From: a virus
Length of the DNA: 64,000 nt
IMG/VR virus record: IMGVR_UViG_3300045988_120991
Location: 1 to 64,000 of that record
Direction: 5' to 3' (one strand)
The notes beneath the pieces are model-generated. The model searched no databases. It was given only the letters and a program-made list of their open reading frames with translations, and had not been told where the DNA came from. How positions within the stretch are numbered: the first letter of the stretch is position 1; each line of letters starts with the position of its first letter. Made by a program: the position numbers and the translations under genes. This document shows positions 62,801-64,000 of the stretch, in pieces.

Positions 62801-64000
62801 GAGTCAGAAAATGAGTATGGCAGAACTGTTAATACACTTAGACGTTCAAAGGACAATAATCTAAGAGGCGAAAGTAAATCTTCGTTGATAAGCCCAAGAG
62901 AAGATAGAGAGCGTTTGCTCGACCAAAAGATAGACTTTAAACCATTTTCGCAATCTAGAAAGCCGATTGATTGGGATGAATATAAAAATGACCTTCAAAG
63001 AAGATTGCAAGAAAATGAAGAGGCTTTAGCCGAGCAGCAAAAAATCGTTGATGAAGCAAGAAAGAATCTAACGTCTGCTAAGAGAGCGGTTTCATCTTCA
63101 TCTAAAAAAGTCTATAGTGGTTCTGGCGATATAAATGATGAATGGATTGCTAAAGAGGAAGATATATTGAAGTTGGCGACAGAAGATAAAAATTCTGGTC
63201 TAAACGATAAGTCAATAAAACAGTTATCTAAATTAGTAAAAAGCTCATATAGTAAAGATTCTAAAAGTTTCAAAAAGGCGTATGCAACCGCTCAAAAGGA
63301 CTTAGAATCTTTAATGTCAAAAGAGGCGACGGAAGATAATATTGCACAAGTTAAGTCTTTATTAGATTTTATTAATAGTTTGAATAGAGCTGCTGAAAAT
63401 TACACGTCTGCTGCTAAATATGTGGATGAAAAATTTGTTATAAACGAAGAAATTGACAAATCATTATTTGAAAGTGCGTCTAAAAGAGTCAGTGATGCCG
63501 GTGAAATAAAAGTAAAATCTAAGAAATACAAAGGGACAGGACTTCCACAAACTAATGTTAGCAAACTGGTTTCTGGAATTAAAAGAAAAGAGTCTATCGA
63601 GGAGTTTTCCAGTTATAGTTCTGCGTATCAAGAGCATATCAAGTCTTTGCTAGATAGTGCTTTGACTGATTTAAAAGAAACAATGCAGGGCAAAGATACT
63701 TCGGCAAACAGAAAAAAGATACAAAGTATACTTCAATATATTGATAATTTGAAGAGACAGTTTGACCAATTTAAAGAAATAGAACAGAAAATATATGAAG
63801 CATATAATTTTGGTAAAACTAAAAAAGATGTCAAATTTGAAAATCTTTCTTCTGTTGATAATATTATAGAAAATTATAAAACAGGGAAAGAAGTTTTACA
63901 AAGAAAAATCGAAGAGATAGATCAGCAGCTTGCGTATTTAGACCAACAAAAGGGTAATATAAAGCATTATACAGATGAACAAAAAGCCATAGCTAAGCTC
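59822..64000 (+). CDS. very large K/E-rich helical protein (>1393 aa; tape-measure-like or internal virion protein), 3' end outside window
   Basis: I hand-translated 59822-64000: no stop in 1393 codons. GAGGTGA RBS. Absent from the ORF track only because there is no stop codon in the window. Confidence 0.8.
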   Translation, partial: MGKRGPSAQYAYGITIEAGNYNEVINGFEKRLKDLDKVTKTTTATFAALSEAMKSGKRVDFSKAEGQLTGLVAEMEEVAKWREQLAGGQKLSDMFDGLEQVKQSLGQVTGQLDKFGDNIEEIFSILQSVPQNTSKTFVDIRKVLSQTASDMNKIIAELNNPTEKTDVSGLKNQLSSLATDFVNEWNKAAAQGIKMDQVVDFKPFANIIKTAINGARSLGTEFNDVSASVTEATKNVVALYNVKHPTGMFKDLASGISNVGTQSKKTEQTVVKFSSAFKAAISIVDKFSKSDMGLSKKNKEMDEFLAKLKNPEITIDLKNKEVEEEFYKLADIYDDIVGANNITPEFLKNLPIDKLKELGSTLQNIIAMGKEFPEFINTDEDNEVSILDAYGSDLKKVIEGIKALLDEANAQIAESVKTLKSQLEALGLKDIELDVKLVDLTGDKVQEYVNQLNQFVDDLTGQLKNKGAIELPVNIQMPGITPDNADSKKAKDVISAAMDEYSEIAKDASKEATKNAKGKAMSKIISGAFGSNENLDLYLSYIKQQFSKIRETVRQQKKEIQDMLSLDFTWNKGEASNSFSNLFVELQDYFADPENAIKVEIDSTYLKDGIKNAFKDAGGIDLKLPSSGTPMDQSQLAAAIISAFRGTLPTGRQSSTPVTKQTTTSSSASPVTEADVKDRFVFNIKEFMSKYSGELSEGLNQTLENIVNSVRDVAKTANGSKVNQEVRAKIQAAFGSLDLSKVAEMTNEEIISWVQNALLKADESGRAIGADLPKALDNTKVSWKSVSNFTNALNQLFIKIENETRDVEQAANERNKVAILKDFGYRARAIDSKSAVVRKLGKGEVDTDFLKSQMERLQSVKAYKDSLGEEGSKIVKWLDSAIAIYQKLINISNGTTTFNTEAEKQEEITKLRDELSKIRVSDDKSLIETLSGEITVSKKYKNGTKSRGQRKGFTGSSRSLEKALSLIEKTGDDGVITIKFTSGPNDKAFKEWIESENEYGRTVNTLRRSKDNNLRGESKSSLISPREDRERLLDQKIDFKPFSQSRKPIDWDEYKNDLQRRLQENEEALAEQQKIVDEARKNLTSAKRAVSSSSKKVYSGSGDINDEWIAKEEDILKLATEDKNSGLNDKSIKQLSKLVKSSYSKDSKSFKKAYATAQKDLESLMSKEATEDNIAQVKSLLDFINSLNRAAENYTSAAKYVDEKFVINEEIDKSLFESASKRVSDAGEIKVKSKKYKGTGLPQTNVSKLVSGIKRKESIEEFSSYSSAYQEHIKSLLDSALTDLKETMQGKDTSANRKKIQSILQYIDNLKRQFDQFKEIEQKIYEAYNFGKTKKDVKFENLSSVDNIIENYKTGKEVLQRKIEEIDQQLAYLDQQKGNIKHYTDEQKAIAKL

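Noticed and set aside
1-64000. tRNA, rRNA, integrase/lysogeny module, transposase or toxin-antitoxin loci
   Set aside because: No intergenic gap has tRNA-like length or conserved T-loop (GTTCGAATC-type) sequences. No recombinase or repressor-like ORF was recognised, and the Bro/Ant-like protein alone does not establish a lysogeny switch.

Overview
The window looks like about 64 kb of a low-GC, Firmicutes-style tailed phage or prophage: strong AGGAGG Shine-Dalgarno sites, an Amidase_3 plus Cpl-7-repeat endolysin, and TTG/GTG starts. No rRNA, tRNA, CRISPR array, integrase or transposase was seen.

Layout:
- 1-5815: a leftward (- strand) module of about 17 very small orphan genes with clearly higher G+C.
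- 5816-6960: a roughly 1 kb non-coding hub between divergent promoters. It holds a ~495-nt almost G-free stretch, a ~90-nt nearly pure A/T tract with tandem 13-mers, and an array of GTCCC..GGGAC hairpins.
- 6964-64000: everything else runs rightward.
  - 7.0-13.5 kb: early genes, including a wHTH protein, a Bro-N/KilAC antirepressor, Lar-like and YopX proteins, and many zinc-ribbon mini-proteins.
  - 13510-16341: a 943-aa protein with a DFDGD motif. I read it as a YonO/RdRP-like single-subunit two-barrel RNA polymerase. A Zn-ribbon protein is coupled to its 3' end.
  - 17.4-20.4 kb: ClpP-like, PhoH-like, HU-like and metallophosphoesterase genes.
  - 20.7-34.6 kb: terminase, portal, scaffold, capsid and neck/tail genes.
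  - 35.2-56.5 kb: about 12 modular fibre/spike genes, including a 2316-aa giant.
  - 56.5-58.7 kb: a lysis cassette and a RuvC-like resolvase.
  - 59822 to the window edge: an open coiled-coil ORF of more than 1393 aa.

Most interesting signal: the 15-mer ACAATACAAAATTAA occurs eight times. All copies are on the + strand and intergenic, and seven are wedged between a stop codon and the next SD. Together with the phage-encoded RNAP, this suggests an uncharacterised phage-specific transcription or 5'-UTR control system.

All domain calls are from motif recognition by eye, not database searches.
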